Origin: Cyanophyceae cyanobacterium
Lineage (GTDB): Bacteria > Cyanobacteriota > Cyanobacteriia > Cyanobacteriales > Laspinemataceae
Length of the DNA stretch: 64,000 nt
Assembly: GCA_038321985.1 (NCBI GenBank)
Contig: JBBQFN010000020.1
Span: 30,819 to 94,818 of the forward strand
Direction: 5' to 3'
Of the stretch, positions 44,457-54,120 are shown in pieces. Numbering within the stretch: position 1 is the first letter of the stretch; each line of letters starts with the position of its first letter. The translations under genes and the position numbers were made by a program. Under the pieces are notes generated by a model. It searched no databases, had not been told where the DNA came from, and saw nothing but the letters and a program-made list of their open reading frames with translations.

Positions 44457-45134
44457 TTACTCGTCAAAATTTACCAGTAAACTAGGAGAAGTGAGGACAA
44501 ATACATCCCGAGTTCCCACCCCATCTTCTAGGGGTTTAATGGGAGTGGTGAAGTGGAAGAAATCGCGATCGTTGACGAGTAACAATTCACCGGAGTAGAG
44601 GGTTTTTGTAAACACGGGTTTTTCCCGACGTGCCATATAGAGATGAGTCCCTCCCCCTTGAATATTGTGGCGATCGCAGGAGAAAATCGCCACAAAATCT
44701 GCACCATCTTGATGGATGCCTTCAGGCGCAGGGTTCCCATAGTTTTTCGGGGAACAGGTAGTGCGGATTTGATGTACACCGATTTCTACACCCGGTTTCA
44801 GCTTGCAGTAATGACTCACTTCTTTAACAAGTTGCTTAAACTCATTAAGCGTGATTAGTCCATCATCTAATTCCGCATACTGCCGCTTGACACCACCTAC
44901 AACTGAATTGTAATCTTTACTCTGGTAAAAGTACCCATGAGGGAGGTGAATCAACTCATTTTCCCTCAGTTTAAACCGCGATAACCGTCGCAGTCTATAG
45001 TTGCCTTTGATATAAGGGTCTAGGGGTAAATTATTAAAGTAAGGCTTAAAGACATCCAGCACAATGGAGTCAATCTTCTCTAAAGCAAAGCTGATACCAT
45101 AGCTGGTTTCCGGAGATTCCCGTAGTGTTTGCAT
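44457..45134 (-). CDS. 2OG-Fe(II) dioxygenase (2OG-Fe_Oxy_2 family)
   Basis: VHQIRT, PAPEGIHQDG, HFTTPI and RDVFV (HxD...H...R triad). Confidence 0.88.
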   Translation of the reverse strand: MQTLRESPETSYGISFALEKIDSIVLDVFKPYFNNLPLDPYIKGNYRLRRLSRFKLRENELIHLPHGYFYQSKDYNSVVGGVKRQYAELDDGLITLNEFKQLVKEVSHYCKLKPGVEIGVHQIRTTCSPKNYGNPAPEGIHQDGADFVAIFSCDRHNIQGGGTHLYMARREKPVFTKTLYSGELLLVNDRDFFHFTTPIKPLEDGVGTRDVFVLTSPSLLVNFDE

Positions 45135-45494
45135 CGTATTAACCCTCGGTTTGCGTTGCTCCCCGATAAAGAATCTGCTTCTTTTCTCTATCTACTTCTA
45201 GTATAAACAAGTTTTATAAAAATGGGGCTAACTTTCCGCCTATCTGTGCAAAGTTATGATAAAGACTCGTGAGATAAATAAGTATAAATTCCCTGTGATT
45301 CCGGGGATAATTTGCGAGAATGTCATCCCAGTTGTAGCGATTAACGGGACTGATTAGAGGCAGTGTCAGGGGTGGGGAAGAAAGCGGTAAAATACTGTAA
45401 TCACGTCGTTTGAGGTAAGATTCCCAGTTCATCGCACTCCGAGTGAAAATGGCGATCGCCTACAATAGTCTTGGCGTGATTGAGAGTTCCACTG

Positions 45495-45818
45495 ATGGCA
45501 GCGATTACGATAACGATTGACGGCGAAGACTCCGAATCGGCAGCACAGGAGTTACTGGCAATTCCAGGAATAGCCGGTATCCTGTCAGTAGAGGAGGGCC
45601 CGAAAAAAACTGAAGTGCTGACGACTGTAGCCTCTATTATTACTATTGTCGGTGGAGCCCTCTCCATTGCGGAACAGATTCGCAAGTGGTATCAGGAAGC
45701 ACAGCAAAAGCGTCCCGGCAATTTGGACGTACTCCTGGAAGGGGAAGATGGAAATCGAGTCCTCCTGGAAGATGCGACAGTAGAGGAAATTGTCCAAATT
45801 CTCCAATCCATCCGTTAA
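45495..45818 (+). CDS. Small protein with one hydrophobic helix, partner of the CHAT gene
   Basis: 107 aa; VLTTVASIITIVGGALSIAEQIRKWY; lies directly upstream of the CHAT-STAND-TPR gene. Confidence 0.75.
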   Translation: MAAITITIDGEDSESAAQELLAIPGIAGILSVEEGPKKTEVLTTVASIITIVGGALSIAEQIRKWYQEAQQKRPGNLDVLLEGEDGNRVLLEDATVEEIVQILQSIR

Positions 45819-45914
45819 TCCTAGAGGATTGTGCCTCCTTGCCGATTGGGTATTGAGGCACTAACCTCACCTTTTTTATGCGCTTGCTGCAATCTCCATT
45901 AAGGTTACGCCATC

Positions 45915-48900
45915 ATGCAAACCCTTCGCATTCAGCTTAAAGACGTTCAACCCAATCGCGTCGAATTGCGCTATTGCCTTGAACCCCAAAAAACTTATGA
46001 ATCGCAGTTTCTAAGTATAGCACAAATTGCCGATTTAGTCAAAGAATCTAAGCTCAATTATTACCACGGACCCCCCAGACTGCGGGAAATGGGGCAGAAA
46101 TTGTTTTGCTGGTTGGATGGGGATGGGCGGTGGTTGAGTCGCGCGATCGCAGAATGCCAGCAAGGGGGATTAATTTTAGCCATTGCCACCCCTGAAAAAT
46201 TGGCGCATCTGCCTTGGGAAGTGCTCCATGATGGCACGAGTTTTTTAGTGGAGGGGGTGAACCCGGTGGTGGTCCCCGTGCGCTGGATTGAAAAGAACAC
46301 CCCGCCACCTCCGACCCTGGAAGCGCGACCCTTGCAGGTGTTATTTATGGCAACCTCACCGGGAACTGTGGAACCTGTACTTGACTTTGAGGCAGAGGAA
46401 GCGCGAATTTTGGCGCAGACTGAGGACATGGCAGTGCAGGTGCGCGTCGAGGAAAGCGGATGCGTGGCAGAGTTGGGCAAGTTATGGGCCCGATATCCCC
46501 AAAACTTCTTCGATATTTTTCACCTCACGGGACATGGGGATATTCAGCGACAGGAACCCTATCATCCCTATTTCATCACCGAGACGGAAACGGGAGAACG
46601 CCATGATGCTTTTGCGCAGGAACTGGCCGAAGTGTTTCGCCATCGCTGGCCCCAGTTAATCTTTCTATCCGGATGTCACACGGGACAGGCAGGGAATCAC
46701 GGCGCGGTATCGTCAATGGCGGAAACCCTGATTCAGCAGGGGGCGCGGGCGATATTGGGTTGGGGTATGTCTGTACAAGACACCACTGGCACTGCTGCTG
46801 CTGCACATTTATATGAGAAGTTAGCTGCGGGATATTCCCTTGGTGAAGGGTTAGGCAGTACCTACCGCTACTTGCAGAAAGAAAAAATCAAAGATTGGCA
46901 TCTGCTGCGGTTGTATGTGCGCGGGGACTGTCCCGGGGCCTTGGTGGAACCCTTGGGCGATTATCATTGGCAACCGCCACAACTGCCCCAGGAACAGTTC
47001 CTCGACCCCCTCACCCAGGAGGTGCGAGTGGCGACTCGGGAGGAATTTGTGGGACGTCGGCGCTACCTCCAGCGCTATTTACGGGCGCTGAAAGGGGGTA
47101 AGTTTCTCGGTGTAGTGATTTACGGCATCGGGGGTCTGGGGAAAAGTACCGTAGCGGCGCGGTTGCTGGAACGGATGCCGGAGTATGAACGCATCTTTAT
47201 CTATCGCGGGTTGGATGAGGCGAAGTTAATCAACCAACTGTCTCGGCAATGTACGAATGAGACCGGGTTGGAAATTTTGCAAGGGAAACTCTCCCTGATG
47301 CAGCGCTTGACCAAGTTTCTGCAAATGGGTTTGAATTCCCAGAAGCAGCAGTTGATATTCGTGCTGGATGATTTTGAGGCAAACATGGAACTGAGGGCAG
47401 ATGGGAAGGCAGAGTTAAAACAGGAAGTCGTGGAGGTAGTCAGGGATTTGCTGAGTGCGATCGCCCAATCCCGGGGTCCGCATCGAGTCATCATTACCTC
47501 TCGCTACGATTTTACTCTCCCCGACCCCACCCTGAATCGTCGCCTGTATCGGGAACCGTTGGCAGCATTGCGGGGGGCAGATTTACGCAAAAAGTGCCAG
47601 CGACTCGAATCATTTTCACCGGATTCTGAGGTAGATGCAGAGTTGCAAGAACGTGCGAAAAATGCCGCAGATGGCAACCCGCGTTTGTTGGAATGGTTGA
47701 ATCAAATCTTGCTAACGCGATCGGTGGCAATTTCTAAAATTATCACCAAAATGCAGGAAGCCGAAGCCGAATTTCGCGCCGATATTTTAGCTGAAGAATT
47801 ACTGAATCAGCAGGAAAAAGACTTGCGGGAAATGCTGCGCTTGGGGTTAGTATTTCAGGTACCCGTCCCCAGGGCCGCATTCACAGAAATTTGCACCAAA
47901 ATCCGCAACCTGGAGACCCACATCACTCGCGCCATTTCCCTGGGATTGTTAGAAAATATCAAATCCATTCCCGCAGATGGCGAGTTGCTCCGAGTGCCGC
48001 GCCTGTTGCCCCTGGCAGTAACAGAAGATGATGAACCGTTGCACACTCAAGCCGCAGAGATACTATATCGACTCTGGTGGGAAGAATCGGAAAACGACAC
48101 AGAGGAAAGACTGCTAGAAGTTCATCGGTTAGCTTGGGCTGGAAAAGCGGGAGAAATTGCAGCAAAAATTGGTCACATATTGAGCAACACATGGACACAT
48201 CAAAGCCGATTTAAAGAGTCGTTAAAAATATGCCAAGACACCTTAACGGTTGTTGAAAATTATCGGATATTTCATCAAATTGGGATTTCTGAGGAACAAC
48301 TCGGGGAGGTAGAAAAGGCTAGAGAACACTATCAACAGGCTTTAGACCTTTGTCCCCTAGAGGATAAACGAGAAAAAGCTATTATTGTTCATAATTTAGC
48401 AACCTTCAAAGCCAAGCAAGGAGAAATCGACCAGGCGCTCGCCCTTTACACCGAATCAATGGAACTCTTTGAACGCATCGGGAGCACCCTGCAAGGGAAA
48501 GCGTTGACTTTGCACTCTCTGGCTATTATCAAAGCCAAGCAAGGAGAAATCGACCAGGCGCTCGCCCTTTACACCCAATCGCTGGAACTCAGTGAACGCA
48601 TCGGCAACCTGCAAGGGAAAGCGGCGACTTTGCACCAGCTCGCTGGTATCAAAGTCAACCAAGGAAAAATCGACGAGGCGCTCGCCCTTTACACCCAATC
48701 GCTGGAGATCGACGAATGCATCGGCATCGTGGAAGGGAAAGCGGCGACTTTGCACCACCTCGCTGGTATCAAAGCGGACCAAGGAGAAATCCACGAGGCG
48801 CTCGCCCTTTACACCCAATCGCTGGAACTCAACGAACGCATCGGCATCTTGGAAGGGAAAGCAGCGACTTTGTACTGTCTGGCTAGTATCAAAGCGGACC

Positions 48901-49463
48901 AAGGAGAAATCCACGAGGCGATCAACCTTTACACCCAATCGATGGAACTCGATGAACGCATCGTCAACCTTGAAGGGAAAGTGGTGACTTTGTACCAACT
49001 GGCTAATATCAAAGCCAAGCAAGGAGAAATCGACGCGGCGATCACCCTCTACACTGAATGGCTGTACTGCCTAGCTATTATTAAAGCCAAGCAAGGAGAA
49101 ATCGACGAAGCAATCGCCCTTTACACCATATGGATCAAACTCTTTGAACGCATCGGCAGCACCCTGGAAGGGTAAGCGGCGACTTTCCACTGTCTGGCTA
49201 ATATCAAAGCCAAGCAAAGAGAAATCGACGAAGCGATCGCCCTTTACACCCAATCGCTGGAACTCAACGAATGCATCGGCAACCTGAAAGGGAAAGCGGG
49301 GAATTTAGTAATGCTGGGACAACTGTTAGCAAGTCGAGGTGATTTTACTACTGCTTTACAATATATGCACCAATCTTTAGAGATTTTTGAGCGTCTACGT
49401 TCCCCTGAAGCAGAGAAAGTACGGAGAATTATCGCGCAAACGGAGAAAAAAGCAGAAAAATGA
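45915..49463 (+). pseudogene. CHAT protease + STAND NTPase + TPR protein interrupted by a premature TAA at 49173-49175
   Basis: HLTGHG and LSGCHTG catalytic dyad, GIGGLGKS Walker A, FVLDDFE Walker B, TPRs; the frame continues 95 codons past the stop to TGA at 49461-49463. Confidence 0.8.
48405..49300 (+). repeat. Array of about 8 near-identical 120/123-nt TPR-coding units
   Basis: tcaaag...caagga.aaatc anchor at 48405, 48528, 48648, 48768, 48888, 49008, 49080 and 49203. Confidence 0.9.
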
Positions 49464-49503
49464 TATTCAATCAGGGAAAAAGCATTTCCCTTTTGAATAT
49501 ATT

Positions 49504-50763
49504 TTATCGATTCAGAATTTCTTTTCTGTGAATCAGTCCATCTGCTCGCACAAAGGTGGGATCGTCCTCTCCAACTCGTTCCGCAAGCTGTTGGCGCAAT
49601 TGGCGAGCGTTGTCTAATTCTCCCCTATCAATCACCCGAAAGAGTTGCTGAAACTTTTCTTCGATTTCTGGGGGACGTTCGGGAGTTCCCATCAGGGTTT
49701 CCAGAATGCGATTGCTATCTTTGCCAAAGGACCGCAATCGCTCAATGACGATTCCTTCGGGCGTCATTTTTAAAAGCTGCACCCATTCCACATCACTCAT
49801 CACTTGTGGAGAATGAGTAGTGACGATAAACTGGCAGTTAGGAAAGGTTCGGGTTAAGGCGGGAATAATCCCCCGTTGCCATTTGGGATAAAGATGTAAT
49901 TCTATTTCATCAATCATGACGACACCGCTACCTTGGAGGGGATTTTGCTCGGTGTTGGGGTTGGCGATCGCCAAGCGTCTTGCTAAATCCCCAATTAACG
50001 CCAATAAGCATTTTTCTCCGTCGGAAAGTTGGCTGACACTGAGTTCTTGTCCCTGTTTGGTGAGGGTCATTCGCAAAGGCGATCGCTGAATTCTCAAGTC
50101 TTGAATATCGCCTAATATCCCGGAAATGGCTTGTCTGACTGCTTCTAACTGGCGATCGCGATAATCAATGGACTCTCCCCAGAGTCGTTGTTCATTCTCT
50201 AAATCTTCCCGTTGTCGAAACCATTCAAAAAACCGTCTAAAATTGACTGTTCCTCCCGTCAGAGCCTCTTCATAAGTGGCGATCGGCTCAAACAAATGCT
50301 TTTTCCGAATTCGTAAGGGAATATCCAAGACTGCACGATTGGTCGGATAGTAAGCAATCACAGGTAAAGCAGCATCTGAATTTTTATCTAAACTTTCGTG
50401 AATTTCACCGACAATTTGCCTTAATTGGACTAAATCACTGCTGGTTTCTTTGCTGCGCCCAGTTCTTGTTTTAGTTCGGGACCACTTGACAGTTTGCTCA
50501 GAGTTATTGAGGCTAAGGGTAATTTCAGAATAAATTTCTTTCGCCCCATTTTTAATATCTTCCTCGGTAAAAAACTGTCCTGAAGTCTGCGGATTTTGGA
50601 GTCGAGCCGGAAACCAGGATAAAAGTATGGCTAAACAATCCAAAATACTAGATTTTCCTACTCCGTTCGCGCCGATAAATACGATAGATTCAGATGGAGG
50701 AAACTCCAAAGTTAGATTATCGATTCCTCGAAATGACTTGATGATTAAGCGTTCGACTTTCAT
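49504..50763 (-). CDS. ABC/AAA_21-type ATPase (PtuA/retron-associated ATPase-like)
   Basis: GANGVGKS, LSDGEK..LIGDLARRL, MIDEIELHL and TTHSP motifs. Confidence 0.85.
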   Translation of the reverse strand: MKVERLIIKSFRGIDNLTLEFPPSESIVFIGANGVGKSSILDCLAILLSWFPARLQNPQTSGQFFTEEDIKNGAKEIYSEITLSLNNSEQTVKWSRTKTRTGRSKETSSDLVQLRQIVGEIHESLDKNSDAALPVIAYYPTNRAVLDIPLRIRKKHLFEPIATYEEALTGGTVNFRRFFEWFRQREDLENEQRLWGESIDYRDRQLEAVRQAISGILGDIQDLRIQRSPLRMTLTKQGQELSVSQLSDGEKCLLALIGDLARRLAIANPNTEQNPLQGSGVVMIDEIELHLYPKWQRGIIPALTRTFPNCQFIVTTHSPQVMSDVEWVQLLKMTPEGIVIERLRSFGKDSNRILETLMGTPERPPEIEEKFQQLFRVIDRGELDNARQLRQQLAERVGEDDPTFVRADGLIHRKEILNR

Positions 50764-50838
50764 TTAGGTTGTCCAAATTTTATAATAAATTGATTGTCAA
50801 TATTTCAAAAAGTTAACGATTTTCTCGATAGACAAGAT

Positions 50839-52620
50839 TTAAACCACTGGAGGGATATACCGTAACAGCATTTCATCTAACACTTCTAACTGAATGGGTT
50901 TGCTTAAATAATCCGTTGCACCGGCGGCTAAACAGCGTTCGCGATCGCCTGACATTGCCATTGCGGTTACCACGACTACTGGCAACTGTTGCACATTCGG
51001 GTTTTTTCGTAACTCATGGACTAATTGTAACCCCATTGCTAAATGAGCAAACTGGACATCTAACAAAATTAAATAGGGGTCAAAAGATGCTATTTCTTCG
51101 AGAAAATTGGCGCTGTAGCCAATCAATTTGACATGATGTCCGACGGCTTGTAAATAGTCTTGCAATAACAAGGTGCTGGAACCATCATAATCGACAATTA
51201 AAATTCGACCATTGCGATCGCCTGTTTCAGTAATGATAATTGCTGGAAGTTCATCAATGGGAACCGAAGGAACATATCCCGGAGGTGGGTCGGGCAAAAT
51301 AATTGTAAACCGACTCCCCACTCCCAAGGTCGAACTAACGAGTACATCCCCCCCATGCAACTGCGCTAAATCTCGCGTTAGTGCTAACCCCAATCCTGTA
51401 CCTTGGATTTTATGATTGAGTTCATTATCCAGTTGCCGAAACGGGTCAAATACCAAGGGTAAATGTTCTTCACAAATCCCGATTCCTGTATCGACAACAG
51501 TAAATCTAATTCCCCCAGGCTGCTTTTCTACAATTAATGAAACTTCCCCTTTCGGGGTGAATTTAATCGCATTGGAGAGGAGATTCAGCAGCATTTGTTT
51601 GAGGCGACGTTCATCGGCTATGCAAACTTGCAGTTTGGGGTCAATTTTACTCGTCAGTCTCAATCCCCGGTCCACTGCCCTTTCTTGCATGACTTTGAGA
51701 CAATATTTACATATATCACGAACCGGAATTTCAATAAATTTTAACTCTTCTCTACCTGCTTCTACTTTGGATAAATCTAAAATATCATTAATTAGTTCTA
51801 ATAAATGGTCGCCGCTGCTTTTAATCCGGCTAATATATTCTTTTTGTTTAGGATTCAGACTGCCAAAAATTTCTCTTTGTAACATTTGAGACAGCCCTAA
51901 AATAGAATTTAATGGCGTTCTAATTTCATGACTCATTTGAGCCAAAAATTCACTTTTAGCTCGATTTCTAGCTTCCGCAATATCCCGGGCACGGGCGACA
52001 GCTTCGGCTTGTTTATGTTGGGTAATATCGGTGATAGCGGCGACTACTCCATCAATCCGACCCTGGCGATCGTACAACGGGGCGGCATTAATGGAGACAA
52101 AAATCTGGCTGCCATCTGGACGGGCGATCGCATACTCCATTTCATACACGGGTTTTCCCTTTTGCATCACTTGCAAAAATGGAAGTTGATTTTCAGGTAA
52201 ACCCCGTCCCTCTACAGGTTGAATTTGCCAGATCGGTTCATTATAGCTACGTCCGATCAGGTCTTGTTGAGACAGTCCTAAATGTTTTTTTGCCGCAGCG
52301 TTCGTTAGGGTAATTCGCCCTGTACTATCAAATACTAAAATCCCATCAGCATTGGTTTCAATAATCGCATCTAGTCGCCGTTCATTCAGTTCTAGTTGCT
52401 TTTTAGACTGCTTAATTTCTGCGGTATAGCGCACGATCGCATAGTACAAAATAATCGCGACGACAGACACATACAGGCAACCTTTGAGCGTTTGCAGATG
52501 AGTTATATTTTGGAAACCCGGTTGCTGAAATAAAAGCGCTATCACGCGATCGGAACCGATAATCCATAATCCGCTGATCAATAAATAAATACTGACGATT
52601 CGACGTGGAGATAGCTTCAT
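50839..52620 (-). CDS. Membrane PAS hybrid histidine kinase with receiver domain
   Basis: Two TM helices, [24 protein letters not shown] and a C-terminal REC domain. Confidence 0.92.
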   Translation of the reverse strand: MKLSPRRIVSIYLLISGLWIIGSDRVIALLFQQPGFQNITHLQTLKGCLYVSVVAIILYYAIVRYTAEIKQSKKQLELNERRLDAIIETNADGILVFDSTGRITLTNAAAKKHLGLSQQDLIGRSYNEPIWQIQPVEGRGLPENQLPFLQVMQKGKPVYEMEYAIARPDGSQIFVSINAAPLYDRQGRIDGVVAAITDITQHKQAEAVARARDIAEARNRAKSEFLAQMSHEIRTPLNSILGLSQMLQREIFGSLNPKQKEYISRIKSSGDHLLELINDILDLSKVEAGREELKFIEIPVRDICKYCLKVMQERAVDRGLRLTSKIDPKLQVCIADERRLKQMLLNLLSNAIKFTPKGEVSLIVEKQPGGIRFTVVDTGIGICEEHLPLVFDPFRQLDNELNHKIQGTGLGLALTRDLAQLHGGDVLVSSTLGVGSRFTIILPDPPPGYVPSVPIDELPAIIITETGDRNGRILIVDYDGSSTLLLQDYLQAVGHHVKLIGYSANFLEEIASFDPYLILLDVQFAHLAMGLQLVHELRKNPNVQQLPVVVVTAMAMSGDRERCLAAGATDYLSKPIQLEVLDEMLLRYIPPVV

Positions 52621-52828
52621 GATGATTCGCCATTGTCTCATCTGAGTCTGCCTGTTAATTTTCTCTAACTCGCTAAGTTTTAGCCCAGATCAACGATGGG
52701 GGTTTAATTCTCCTTGCCACCTTTTATGGATTGAGGTATAATTTACAACAAAATTAAGAAGAACGCTACAAGTTAGACGAGAAAAAGCAGTCCAAGGGGC
52801 AACTCGCAAAGACTTCTACTCAAAGGGT

Positions 52829-53968
52829 TTACCCCTCTGAGGCTAAGGGAGTCGGAGGGCGTGACGAACTGGATTCGGCAGAAGGGGAATTTGGGGCGAT
52901 CGCCTCAGGAATGCCCACTTGTTCCGCCCTGAGTTTCGGTTTCAAATATAGATTTTCCACTAATGCTGCACCTCCAGCAACCCAAGGCGGAACGATTAAA
53001 GCACCCACGATTCCCAACACTTGAACCCCACCAATTACCGAGAGTAACTGATATAAGGGATGAACTCCCACAGAAGACCCGACTAATAATGGATCCAAAA
53101 CATAGGTTTCTACATTCTGGATGACCACAAATAAGATTAAAACAGAAAAAAATAACCACCCCCCTTGAGACACGGCTACAATTAGCGCCGGAACGGCCCC
53201 CAAAATCGGCCCTAAAAAGGGAATTAAATTAGTGACTCCGGCGATCGCCCCCAAACCCAAAGCAAACTCCCCTAACCCTAATGCACTCAATCCCACACTG
53301 GTTGCTACCGCCAACAGCCCCGAAACTAACACTCGACCCCGAATATAGCCACCCATGCGCTGACTAATCGGCATGACTTGAGTTTCCAAACGCTCATCCC
53401 AAGGTTTGGGAAACAGTTGCACTAGGCTTTTAATTAAACTGTGACTATCTGCCACCATATAACCCGAAATAAAGATAGATAAAATTAGAGTAACCACACC
53501 CCCCAGCAAGCCTCTCGTCAAGCCATAAGAACGGAGTACCAGTTGTTGCGTTGAGCGAATTCCCCAGGTGGTTAAAGACTGGGTATCAAAAAACTGCCGT
53601 ACAAACTCCGGAGGTGTATCAATCAGTCTGGCGGCTAAATCTTCTGCAATTAACCGCAACGTTTCTAAATAAGAGGGAAGCTGACGGATTAATCGCTGAA
53701 TTTGATCGAGGGCCGTAGGTCCAATCAGCAACACTACTCCAGTTAAGCCACCGATCAGAGTGAGGTAGGTAATAATTGTGGCAATCCATCGGGGAATTCG
53801 CCATTTTTCAGCCCAATTCACGACCGGAGAGATGGAAGCGGCGAGGACTACAGACACCATCAAGGTAATCAGCAAACTCCGAAGTTGCCACAACAGCACC
53901 ACCAGCAAACCCAGGGTGAAAATGAGCAACAGTGTCATTAGAGAAATTTTAATGCGCTGGGGGGACAT
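52829..53968 (-). CDS. AI-2E family transporter
   Basis: Multi-TM protein; NLIPFLGP, IQNVETYVLDP and VGVHP motifs. Confidence 0.9.
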   Translation of the reverse strand: MSPQRIKISLMTLLLIFTLGLLVVLLWQLRSLLITLMVSVVLAASISPVVNWAEKWRIPRWIATIITYLTLIGGLTGVVLLIGPTALDQIQRLIRQLPSYLETLRLIAEDLAARLIDTPPEFVRQFFDTQSLTTWGIRSTQQLVLRSYGLTRGLLGGVVTLILSIFISGYMVADSHSLIKSLVQLFPKPWDERLETQVMPISQRMGGYIRGRVLVSGLLAVATSVGLSALGLGEFALGLGAIAGVTNLIPFLGPILGAVPALIVAVSQGGWLFFSVLILFVVIQNVETYVLDPLLVGSSVGVHPLYQLLSVIGGVQVLGIVGALIVPPWVAGGAALVENLYLKPKLRAEQVGIPEAIAPNSPSAESSSSRPPTPLASEG

Positions 53969-54120
53969 AGCTCATCAAGGATAAAGAATCGATAATTAAT
54001 AAAGGGTTGTTATAGATGAGGCGATCGCCCTTTTATTTGGGGTGAAAACTGCGATCGCGCCGGGTTCCGCTAGGAAATCGCCTCCGAGGATTTATCCCCT
54101 CTGTTGCCAACGAAAAGCTC

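Noticed and set aside
48405..49300. TPR variability as a diversity-generating retroelement target
   Set aside because: Variation is not adenine-specific, and there is no reverse transcriptase or separate template repeat
49387..49617. 76-aa ORF between the CHAT and ATPase genes
   Set aside because: Out-of-frame overlap with the true CHAT-TPR tail and antisense to the ATPase end
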